Below, piece by piece: positions 26,071-33,893 of a stretch of 64,000 nucleotides of DNA; the first letter of the stretch is position 1; each line of letters starts with the position of its first letter. The position numbers and the translations under genes are program-made. The DNA lies in assembly GCA_903819565.1 (NCBI GenBank), contig CAIJDY010000030.1, positions 7,128 through 71,127 of the forward strand. The letters are read 5' to 3'. The notes under the pieces are model-generated. The model was given only the letters and a program-made list of their open reading frames with translations, was not told where the DNA came from and did no database searches. Source of the stretch: Candidatus Omnitrophota bacterium. GTDB taxonomy: Bacteria; Omnitrophota; Omnitrophia; Omnitrophales; Aquincolibacteriaceae.

Positions 26071-27267
26071 ATGGACCAGTACCAATATGATGTGTGTGTC
26101 ATCGGAGGCTGCGGGCACGTCGGGTTGCCGCTAGCGATCGCTTTCGCGAACGCGGGGAAAAAGGTTTCGATCTACGACGCGTCCGAGAAGAACGTCATGA
26201 CCGTGCGCCAGGGGACGATGCCTTTCGAAGAAGAAGGCGCTGAGGTCCTCCTCAAAAAGAATCTCGGGAAAAATCTTTTTGTTTTTTCCGACGACGCCGT
26301 GATCCGGGAAAGCCGTTTCCTGATCGTCGTCATCGGGACGCCGACCGACCGCCACCTGAATCCCGAATTCACGAAGTTCAAAGGCCTTTTCGAAGGGATC
26401 ATCGATCTGATTCGGGACGACCAACATGTCATTTTGAGAAGCACGGTGTTTCCCGGCACGAGCGACAATATCCGGACGTATCTAAAGGAAAAAGGAAAGG
26501 CCCCGCGGGTATCGTTCTGCCCCGAGAGGATCCTGCAGGGCAAGGCGATGGAAGAGCTTTGTTCGCTCCCGCAGATCATCGGCGCCTACGACGACGCTTC
26601 CTGGGAAGACGCGAAAGCGCTGTTCCTGTTATTGGCGCCGGAGGTCGTGCGTCTCACGCCGCTGGAAGCGGAGATCTCAAAACTCTTCACGAACGTCTGG
26701 CGCTACATCCAGTTCTCGATCGGCAACCAGTTCTACCAGATCGCGACGGAACACGACCTCGATTTTTACAAGATCTACAACGCGTTGACCCACCATTACC
26801 CCCGGGCCAAGGATTTCGCGCGCGCGGGTTTCGCCGCGGGGCCGTGTCTTTTCAAGGACACCGCCCAGATGGTCGCTTATACCGGCAACACGTTCTTCCT
26901 CGGGAATGCGGCCATCCTGCTGAATGAAGGACTGCCCAACTTCATCGTCAAAAGGCTGCATGACAAACATGCGCTCTCCGCGAAAACCATCGGGATCCTC
27001 GGCATGACCTTCAAGGCGAACATCGACGACAAAAGGGACTCTCTTTCCTACAAATTGAAGAACATCCTGGAGGTCGAAGCGAAAAAAGTGCTGTGCTCGG
27101 ATGTTTATGTTCACGAGGAAGGTTTTGTTTCTCCGGAAGTTTTGATCCGGGATTCCGACATCGTGGTCGTGGGCGCGCCGCACAGGGAATATGCCGGCCT
27201 GCGGATCCCCGAGGAGAAGGTCCTGGTCGATACCTGGAATTTCTTCGGCCGCGGAGGGCTGTTCTGA
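26071..27267 (+). CDS. Nucleotide-sugar 6-dehydrogenase (UDP-glucose/UDP-ManNAc dehydrogenase family)
   Basis: VCVIGGCGHVGLPLAIAFA Rossmann start; catalytic Cys context AAGPCLFKDT; 398 aa typical for Ugd/WecC/WbpA. Confidence 0.85.
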   Translation: MDQYQYDVCVIGGCGHVGLPLAIAFANAGKKVSIYDASEKNVMTVRQGTMPFEEEGAEVLLKKNLGKNLFVFSDDAVIRESRFLIVVIGTPTDRHLNPEFTKFKGLFEGIIDLIRDDQHVILRSTVFPGTSDNIRTYLKEKGKAPRVSFCPERILQGKAMEELCSLPQIIGAYDDASWEDAKALFLLLAPEVVRLTPLEAEISKLFTNVWRYIQFSIGNQFYQIATEHDLDFYKIYNALTHHYPRAKDFARAGFAAGPCLFKDTAQMVAYTGNTFFLGNAAILLNEGLPNFIVKRLHDKHALSAKTIGILGMTFKANIDDKRDSLSYKLKNILEVEAKKVLCSDVYVHEEGFVSPEVLIRDSDIVVVGAPHREYAGLRIPEEKVLVDTWNFFGRGGLF

Positions 27268-28286
27268 TGCGCATCCTGGTCACGGGGGCGGCGGGATTCA
27301 TCGCGGGCTATCTGGTCGAGGACCTTTTAAAACACGGTCACGCGGTCGTAGGCATCGACAACTTTTCCAAGTACGGGAAGGTCGGGAAGAGTTATGACAA
27401 CCACCCGCAGTACCGGTTCGTTCAGGGGGACGCGAAAGATGCGGCGCTTCTCACGGAACTGGCCTCGGATTGCGATCAGATCGTGGCGTGCGCGGCGATC
27501 ATCGGAGGCATTTCGCTTTTCCATGAATACGCGTACGATCTTCTAGCCGAGAACGAAAGGATCCTTGCCGCGACTTTTGACGCGGCGATCAGCGCTTTCC
27601 GGAACAAAAAACTGAAGAAGATCAACGTCCTGTCGTCTTCGATGGTCTTTGAAAGTACCACGACGTACCCGACGCCCGAAGGGGAGCAGATGCGGTGCCC
27701 GCCGCCGTTATCGACCTACGGGTTCCAGAAACTCGCGTGCGAATACTTCGCCAAGGGCGCGTGGGAACAATACCAGCTGCCTTACACGATCGTCCGTCCT
27801 TTCAACTGCATTGGGATCGGGGAGAAGAGGGCGCTCTGCGACAAGGAGATCTTGTCGGGGAACGTGAAACTGGCGATGAGCCACGTGGTTCCGGACCTTG
27901 TCCAAAAGGTCCTGAAAGGACAGGCGCCGCTGCACATTCTTGGCGACGGCAGCCAGATCCGTCACTACACCTACGGAGGCGATCTCGCGCGCGGTATCCG
28001 GCTGTGCGTCGAAAACGACAAGGCCCTCAATGAGGATTTCAATCTTTCCACGCCCGCGTCGACCACGGTGCTCGAGCTCGCCCGGTTGATCTGGAAAAAG
28101 ATCCGCGGCAACGAGCCTTTCCGGTTCGTGTCGGACCCGCCTTTCCAGTACGATGTTCAAAAAAGGGTCCCGGACGTCACAAAGGCCAGGAAAGTTCTGG
28201 GTTTTGAAGCGACGACTTCTCTTGAGGACGCTCTTGATGAGATCATTCCGTGGATCCAGCAGCAAATAGAGGCCAGAGGCATATGA
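27267..28286 (+). CDS. Extended-SDR NAD-dependent nucleotide-sugar epimerase/dehydratase/decarboxylase (UXS/ArnA C-terminal domain-like)
   Basis: MRILVTGAAGFIAGYL (GxxGxxG), catalytic YGFQK (YxxxK), …HPQYRFVQGD…, …IVRPFNCIGIG… parallel ArnA-decarboxylase/UXS blocks; ATG overlaps upstream stop (TGATG). Confidence 0.85.
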   Translation: MRILVTGAAGFIAGYLVEDLLKHGHAVVGIDNFSKYGKVGKSYDNHPQYRFVQGDAKDAALLTELASDCDQIVACAAIIGGISLFHEYAYDLLAENERILAATFDAAISAFRNKKLKKINVLSSSMVFESTTTYPTPEGEQMRCPPPLSTYGFQKLACEYFAKGAWEQYQLPYTIVRPFNCIGIGEKRALCDKEILSGNVKLAMSHVVPDLVQKVLKGQAPLHILGDGSQIRHYTYGGDLARGIRLCVENDKALNEDFNLSTPASTTVLELARLIWKKIRGNEPFRFVSDPPFQYDVQKRVPDVTKARKVLGFEATTSLEDALDEIIPWIQQQIEARGI

Positions 28287-28948
28287 GCGAACAATCCATG
28301 GATGTCCGGAAACTTTACCAGGAACGGTTTTCTTCCGAAGACCTCCGGAAGAAAAACGGGATCTGGAAAGTGCTGTGCGGCTCTTTTTTCCAGCGGTTCA
28401 TCCGGGAAGACCAGGCCGTCGTGGACGTCGGCGCGGGCTATTGTGAATTTATCAACCATATCCGGTGCGCAAAAAAATTGGCCGTGGACCCCAACGAGGA
28501 CACCGCGCGCCATGCCGCGCCGGACGTCCGGGTCTTTACGGATCTTTCTTTTTTGAAGGACGGGTCCGTCGATGCCGCGTTCATGAGCAATCTTCTGGAG
28601 CACATGAAATCGAAGGAAGACATCCTGAAGCTCTTCGCGGAAGTCCGGCGTGTTTTGAAGACGGACGGGCGGCTCCTGATCCTCCAGCCCAATATCCGGT
28701 TCCTGTCCCGGGAGTACTGGGATTTTTTCGACCACCACATTCCGCTCAGCGACCGGAGCCTGGCCGAAGGGCTTCTATTGGCAGGTTTTCAGATCGAAAA
28801 AGTCATTCCCCGGTTCCTGCCCTACACGACCAAGTGCCGCATGCCCCAGAACCCTTTGTGGGTCAAGCTGTACCTGAACATGCCCTGGGCGTGGGGGATC
28901 TTCGGCAAGCAAACCTTCGCGGTGGCAAGGAAAGCATGTACGGCCTAG
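28283..28948 (+). CDS. Class I SAM-dependent methyltransferase
   Basis: …AVVDVGAGYCEF… (motif I), …AAFMSNLLEHMKSKEDILKLFAEVRRVLKTDGRLLILQP (Methyltransf_11 post-II/III); ATG overlaps upstream stop (ATGA). Confidence 0.65.
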   Translation: MSEQSMDVRKLYQERFSSEDLRKKNGIWKVLCGSFFQRFIREDQAVVDVGAGYCEFINHIRCAKKLAVDPNEDTARHAAPDVRVFTDLSFLKDGSVDAAFMSNLLEHMKSKEDILKLFAEVRRVLKTDGRLLILQPNIRFLSREYWDFFDHHIPLSDRSLAEGLLLAGFQIEKVIPRFLPYTTKCRMPQNPLWVKLYLNMPWAWGIFGKQTFAVARKACTA

Positions 28949-29655
28949 TTCAGATCGTGATGCCGGTGTATAACGAAGGGAAGAATATCGCGAAAACGAT
29001 TGCCACGATCGAAGTGAAAGTAAAAACCCCGTTCCGCGTCCTCATGGTCTACGATTTCGATGAAGACGACACCCTTCCCGAGGCCCGGTCCCTGCAGGGG
29101 CGGTACGACATCCGGCTGATCCGGAACCGCTACGGCCGGGGAGTTCTTAACGCGATCAAGACCGGGTTTGAAAGCGCGGAGGACGGCGCCGTGCTGGTCT
29201 CGATGGCGGATCTCTCCGACGATTATTCCGTGGTCGATGTCATGATCGGAAAGCTCAACGAGGGGTACGATATCGTGTGCGGTTCCCGGTACATGAAAGG
29301 GGGACGGCAGGTCGGAGGGCCGAAGTTCAAAGGGTTCCTTTCGCGCGCGGCCGGTCTTTCGCTCCATTTTTTGACGGGGATCCCAACTCATGATATTTCG
29401 AACAGCTTCAAGATGTACACCAAAAAGCTTCTGGAAGCGATCCGGATCGAAAGCCGCGGCGGGTTCGAGCTCGGCATGGAGATCGTCGTAAAGGCTTTCC
29501 GCCAGGATTTCAGGATCGCGGAAGTTCCTTCCGTGTGGCAGGACCGGAGCGCGGGAACTTCAAAGTTCAAGCTGTGGGAATGGCTGCCGCATTATCTGCG
29601 CTGGTATTTTTTCGCGCTGACATCAACTTCGAGGAAAGCCCCGCTTCGTTCCTGA
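28936..29655 (+). CDS. GT2 polyprenyl-phosphate glycosyltransferase (ArnC/GtrB/DPM1-like)
   Basis: VQIVMPVYNEGKNI…, …SMADLSDD… (DxD-type), …EGYDIVCGSRY… blocks typical of DPM1/ArnC-like GT2; start overlaps end of methyltransferase by 13 nt. Confidence 0.8.
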   Translation: MYGLVQIVMPVYNEGKNIAKTIATIEVKVKTPFRVLMVYDFDEDDTLPEARSLQGRYDIRLIRNRYGRGVLNAIKTGFESAEDGAVLVSMADLSDDYSVVDVMIGKLNEGYDIVCGSRYMKGGRQVGGPKFKGFLSRAAGLSLHFLTGIPTHDISNSFKMYTKKLLEAIRIESRGGFELGMEIVVKAFRQDFRIAEVPSVWQDRSAGTSKFKLWEWLPHYLRWYFFALTSTSRKAPLRS

Positions 29656-29660
29656 CCCGC

Positions 29661-29701
29661 AAAAAATTAGGGGACAGACATGAAGTGACTGTCTGTCCCC
29701 T
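29661..29701. terminator. Hairpin terminator between convergent GT2 and fused MFS/spermidine-synthase genes
   Basis: AGGGGACAGACA-(9 nt loop)-TGTCTGTCCCCT perfect 12-bp stem; on the minus strand it is followed by AATTTTTT. Confidence 0.55.
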
Positions 29702-29720
29702 GGAAAATATCAGGCAGGGC

Positions 29721-31796
29721 TCAGCGTTCAAATTCGTTCGCGAACAGTTTGAGGCTGAGCAGCGATCGCTTGATCTCCCCCCAGTTAAGAAAAGGAAGGA
29801 TGTCCGAGTAGCCGTCCGTCCAGACACGGTGACGTTCCGTCAGCCGGTTGGCGATAGGCTCCCACCCGTGATCGACGACCAGCGTCTGGAACTTCGTGCC
29901 GTCCCATGTGAACGCCATCCAATGCGAAGGAAGTCCGGCGGGCTGTCCGGAGGTCATGCGGTAGAGCACCCACGCCTTCGCATCCCTGGCGGCTTCCACG
30001 AGGACCGGCTCCAGCCGGATAAAGCGGTTGCTGATATGGAACAGCAGCAGGCCGCCTTCGTTCAAATGTTCCTTGTATCCGGCGACGGCTTCCCGGGTCA
30101 CAAGATGGAAGGGGATGGAATCGCCGCCGAACGCGTCCACGACGAGGACGTCGTATTTGCGCTCCGGCGCTAGCTCAAGCGAGCGGCGCGCATCGCCATA
30201 GAAGACGCTGATCTTTCCCCGCGCGTTCGCCAGAAACGTAAAATATTTTTTGGCGATGACGCCGATGTCGGGATCCAATTCATAATAATCCATGGTGTCG
30301 CCGGGTTTCGTGTAGATCGCGAGCGATCCCGTGCCGAGGCCGATGATGCCGCAGGATTGAAAACGGAATTTCTCCGAGGAGAAAAGTTCTCCGGCCGGCG
30401 ACGTCGGACTGTAGAAGGAACTTGGCACAAGCTCCAGACCCGGTACTCGAAGCTGCGCTCCGTGCAGGGTCGTTCCGTGGCTCAGGATCCGCACGTCCTT
30501 CGTGTCGGTCACTTCGTAGATCCCGTAGTAATTCCGGGCCTTGAAAACGGCGTGGGAACTGGCGCCGGTTATTTCGGGAATCCAAAATATGCACAGCAAT
30601 GCCGGTACGATCGCCAGGGCTCCTGTTCGTAAATGGGCCAGCCACCTGGTCCCCGCCGTCTTTTTTTCGGCGATCCATACGGCCGCGGCGATCAGCGTCA
30701 GGGCCAAAAGGTATTCGATGACTGACTTCGAAACGAGCGGCATGACCCAGCTGGTCAGGAGTCCGCCGAGGAACCCTCCGAACGAGAGCGTCAGATAGAA
30801 CGCGGTCAGATGGCGTTCCGAAGACGGTTTGTGGGCCGCCAGCCGGTTCTGGCAATAAAGGCACAGAAGGAACAGGGCCGTGCTAAAAACGATCAGTTCG
30901 ATCGCGACCGGGAAACTCTTTTTTTTGACCGCGAAAAATAACAGGGCGCCGCCGGCGAGCAGGAAGGAAATATTTTTGAGTATCCATGGGGGGCACCAGG
31001 GCTTCGGCTTAAAACTCAGCACGAAAGCGAAAAGATAAATGGCCAAAGGCAGGACCCAGAAAAGAGGGACCGGGGCGATCGCGTAAGTGATGATGTTCGT
31101 GACGGCCATGAAAAGCATGACGCCGGCGGCGCTGAATAAAAACCAGAGGCCCATTTTCGTGCCGGGCATTTCTTTTTCCCGAGTTGAAGATACAGGCGCG
31201 GGAGGATTCACCGGGACGAGCATGAAGAGCAGAACATTAAAAACCGCCAGGAACCCGTAGCCCCACCGCCAGAACTGTTCCTGCTGCGGCAGCGTCAGAC
31301 ACAATTCAAATATAAAAGGATAAGTCAGGAGCGCGCCGAGGGAGCCGGCGTTGGAGGTCGCGTAAAGGGCGTAGGGGTTGGACCGCTGCGGGAGCGAAGA
31401 GGCCGCGAGCCACGATTGAAGTGCGACGCTGATCGTTGACAGGACGAAAAAGACCGGCCCGATGCTGGCCAGCAAACGCCCAAAAACGCTTCCGGCCAGG
31501 AAAGCGGAATTTTCCCCGCCGCCGATCCCGAGGACGTGTCCCGGGAAAAACAAAAAGGGAAGGAACACGAGCAGGAGCTGGATCTTCCGGTAGACGCGGG
31601 CGCCCCATTTTTGGACCGCGCAATGGACGGAGACGTATCCCAGCAGCAAAAAAGCCTGGAAGAAGACCAGGCAGGCGCCCCACACGAAATAACTTCCGCC
31701 GTAAACGGGGAGAAGCTTTTTGGCGATGATGAGCTCGATCTGGAACAGGAGGAACGCGGCAAGGAACGTGATTGTGTGCAAAAGGAAAATCGCCAT
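29721..31796 (-). CDS. Fused MFS-like membrane domain / spermidine synthase-like (aminopropyltransferase-fold) protein
   Basis: 691 aa; ~14 TM N-terminal region followed by C-terminal …KYDVLVVDAFGGDSIPFHLVTREAVAGYKEHLNEGGLLLFHISNRF… resembling spermidine synthase/class I MTase fold. Confidence 0.65.
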   Translation of the reverse strand: MAIFLLHTITFLAAFLLFQIELIIAKKLLPVYGGSYFVWGACLVFFQAFLLLGYVSVHCAVQKWGARVYRKIQLLLVFLPFLFFPGHVLGIGGGENSAFLAGSVFGRLLASIGPVFFVLSTISVALQSWLAASSLPQRSNPYALYATSNAGSLGALLTYPFIFELCLTLPQQEQFWRWGYGFLAVFNVLLFMLVPVNPPAPVSSTREKEMPGTKMGLWFLFSAAGVMLFMAVTNIITYAIAPVPLFWVLPLAIYLFAFVLSFKPKPWCPPWILKNISFLLAGGALLFFAVKKKSFPVAIELIVFSTALFLLCLYCQNRLAAHKPSSERHLTAFYLTLSFGGFLGGLLTSWVMPLVSKSVIEYLLALTLIAAAVWIAEKKTAGTRWLAHLRTGALAIVPALLCIFWIPEITGASSHAVFKARNYYGIYEVTDTKDVRILSHGTTLHGAQLRVPGLELVPSSFYSPTSPAGELFSSEKFRFQSCGIIGLGTGSLAIYTKPGDTMDYYELDPDIGVIAKKYFTFLANARGKISVFYGDARRSLELAPERKYDVLVVDAFGGDSIPFHLVTREAVAGYKEHLNEGGLLLFHISNRFIRLEPVLVEAARDAKAWVLYRMTSGQPAGLPSHWMAFTWDGTKFQTLVVDHGWEPIANRLTERHRVWTDGYSDILPFLNWGEIKRSLLSLKLFANEFER

Positions 31797-31903
31797 AAAG
31801 TCCCCGGTGATCTTTAAAAAGGACGTTCGAGAGGCGCCTGGAAAAATGCGCGCCCGGAAGACAGTCTAGAGCCCTGAAAATGCCCGGTCAAACAAAATGT
31901 CCC

Positions 31904-32560
31904 TCAGCGCTTCCTTTCATCCACGACCTGTTCAACCCCGGGGTTTGGACGGGGTGCTTCCGGCGGCGCCGCGTCCTCGGGAGGAAGGATCTTCACGGGC
32001 CTTCTTACCGATTCTTCCGTGGAGAACTCGTCCTGGCAGCGCGGACAGCGGCTTATCTTCGAGAAGCGAACGCAGTAGTGTTGGATCCCGACCGCGGCGT
32101 GATCGTTCTCGAAACATTTCGGACAGACGCACTCTCCGGAGGATTTGTGCCGGTAGACGGTGACGCCCGTCGGGAGTTTGTGGGCCTCATAAGGTTCGCC
32201 GCCGTTCCCGGGCAGCCGCTGCGACAGCTCCCTGAGCTTCGCGTTCTCTCTCTGGAGCTCGAGCCTTGACGTCTCGAGACCGGATAATTTTTCGTGGATC
32301 GAAAGAATGCCTTCCTGAAGGAGGTCCATCTGCTGTTTAAGAAGCGCGAGGTCGAAACCGACGGGGGAACGGTCCAGCAGCAGTTCACCGCGGGGGGCGC
32401 GCGGAGACGCTTTCTTCTTTCGCGGCGTTTTCTTTTCCTTCTGGGGCCGGAAGTAATCCAGGGAAGCGATTTTATCCCCGGGGATTTTTTCGAGAGCTTT
32501 TTTCATCGCGTCGCTGACATATTCTTTTTTCATGGCAAACCGTAAGGTCCTCCGGGCCAT
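31904..32560 (-). CDS. Hypothetical coiled-coil protein with C4 zinc-ribbon (CxxC…CxxC)
   Basis: Lys-rich N-term, central coiled coil (…LELQRENAKLRELSQRL…), CVCPKC…CPRC; start may be internal (MKKEYV…); lies directly downstream of the response-regulator array on the same strand. Confidence 0.4.
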   Translation of the reverse strand: MARRTLRFAMKKEYVSDAMKKALEKIPGDKIASLDYFRPQKEKKTPRKKKASPRAPRGELLLDRSPVGFDLALLKQQMDLLQEGILSIHEKLSGLETSRLELQRENAKLRELSQRLPGNGGEPYEAHKLPTGVTVYRHKSSGECVCPKCFENDHAAVGIQHYCVRFSKISRCPRCQDEFSTEESVRRPVKILPPEDAAPPEAPRPNPGVEQVVDERKR

Positions 32561-32648
32561 TCAAGTATCGGTCATGCCGGGATTTTCTAGAGTGCGGAGT
32601 GCCGGGGGCCGTTCCGGTGCCGGAAGAGGGGGGATCGGGTTTCGGGGA

Positions 32649-33020
32649 CTATCCGAGGAGCTCGTCGATGGCTTGGAACAGCTGTTCGCCGAAAAAAGGC
32701 TTCGTGAGCACATGCTTGATATGGGTGACGAATTTTGTCGCTTCCAAATAGTTTTCCCCGCTATTAAGCGCTCCGCCTCCTGACATGGCGATGATCTTCA
32801 CGGCGGGGAAGTCCTTTTGGATCTCCTGGATGGTCGTAACGCCGTCTTTGACCGGCATGATAATGTCCGTAATCACAAGGTCGACGGGGGTTGTTTTGAG
32901 CGCCTGGATCCCCTTTTCCCCGTCCTCCGCGGTGATCACCTGATAGTTTTTGCGCTCCAGCATTTCCTTCATCGTTTCCCTGAACAAAGGATTGTCTTCG
33001 ATCACAAGGATGCGGGGCAT
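32649..33020 (-). CDS. Single-domain CheY-like response regulator (copy 1)
   Basis: MPRILVIEDNPLFRETMKEML…DLVITDIIMPVKDG…IIAMSGGG…: receiver domain with acidic pocket and phospho-acceptor Asp. Confidence 0.85.
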   Translation of the reverse strand: MPRILVIEDNPLFRETMKEMLERKNYQVITAEDGEKGIQALKTTPVDLVITDIIMPVKDGVTTIQEIQKDFPAVKIIAMSGGGALNSGENYLEATKFVTHIKHVLTKPFFGEQLFQAIDELLG

Positions 33021-33393
33021 GGGAGCGTTCTCTTTCGAAGGAGTTCGTTGATGGCTTGCAATAATTGTTCGCTGGAAAAAGGTTTTTGGAGCACATGCTT
33101 GATATGGTTGATGTATTTCGCCGCTTCCAGGTAGCCATCACCCTTATTGATGACCCCGCCTCCCGACATGGCGATGATCTTGACCGAAGGGAAACCCGTT
33201 TGAATATTCTTGATGGTCGTGACCCCGTCCGAGACCGGCATGATAATGTCCGTGATCACGAGGTCCACCGGGACGCTTTTGAGGGTTTGGATCCATTGGC
33301 AGCGGTAATGACCTCATAGTGATTCTGTTCCAGCGCTTCTTTCAGTATTCCCCGGAAGGAGGCGTCATCTTCGATCACAAGGACGCGTGCCAT
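33002..33393 (-). pseudogene. CheY-like response regulator (copy 2) disrupted by a small deletion/frameshift
   Basis: ATG at 33393 encodes MARVLVIEDDASFRGILKEALEQNHYEVITAANGSKPSKASRWTS* ; receiver sequence resumes in another frame (IQTLKSVPVDLVITDIIMPVSDG…) and continues as the 88-aa ORF 33002-33268. Confidence 0.55.
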
Positions 33394-33399
33394 GAAATC

Positions 33400-33507
33400 G
33401 TTTCCTTTCTGAGACGGTCGTTGGTGTCTTGCAATAACGGTTCGCCGAAAAACGGTTTCGGAAGCAACCGGTTGATAGGGGGAATGTCTTTCGTCGTTCC
33501 CGAGAGG
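33400..33507 (-). pseudogene. 3'-terminal remnant of a further response-regulator copy
   Basis: Minus-strand frame reads …RLLPKPFFGEPLLQDTNDRLRKETISWHASL*, paralleling the C-termini …HVLTKPFFGEQLFQAIDELLG of the intact copies; no N-terminal portion present. Confidence 0.35.
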
Positions 33508-33879
33508 CTACCCCAGGACCTTCTCGATGGTTTGGAACAACACTTCGCCGGAAAAAGGTTTTTGGAGCACATGCTTGATGTGGGTGATGAACATCGTGGC
33601 TTCCAGGTAGGTTTCCCCTTTATTGATCGCGCCGCCCCCTGACATGGCGATAATCTTGGCCGCGGGGAATTCCCTTTGGATGTCCTGGATGGTCGTGACG
33701 CCGTCTTTGACCGGCATGATGATGTCCGTGATCACCAGGTCGACCGGGTTGCTTTTAATCGCCTGGAGCCCTTTGTCCCCGTCTTCCGCGGTGATGACCT
33801 GATGGTTTTTCCGTTCCAGCATTTCCTTCAGGGTCTCCCGGAACGAAGCGTTGTCTTCGATGACAAGGATGCGTGCCAT
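33508..33879 (-). CDS. Single-domain CheY-like response regulator (copy 3)
   Basis: MARILVIEDNASFRETLKEMLERKNHQVITAEDGDKGLQAIKSNPVDLVITDIIMPVKDG…; ~80% identical to copy 1. Confidence 0.85.
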   Translation of the reverse strand: MARILVIEDNASFRETLKEMLERKNHQVITAEDGDKGLQAIKSNPVDLVITDIIMPVKDGVTTIQDIQREFPAAKIIAMSGGGAINKGETYLEATMFITHIKHVLQKPFSGEVLFQTIEKVLG

Positions 33880-33893
33880 ACAGGCTCCCTTCT

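Noticed and set aside
32649-33879. Short tandem ~375-bp repeats considered as a possible CRISPR-like or other non-coding repeat array
   Set aside because: Repeat units are full protein-coding receiver domains (about 370-490 bp) with no short spacer/repeat alternation; this is a gene array, not CRISPR.
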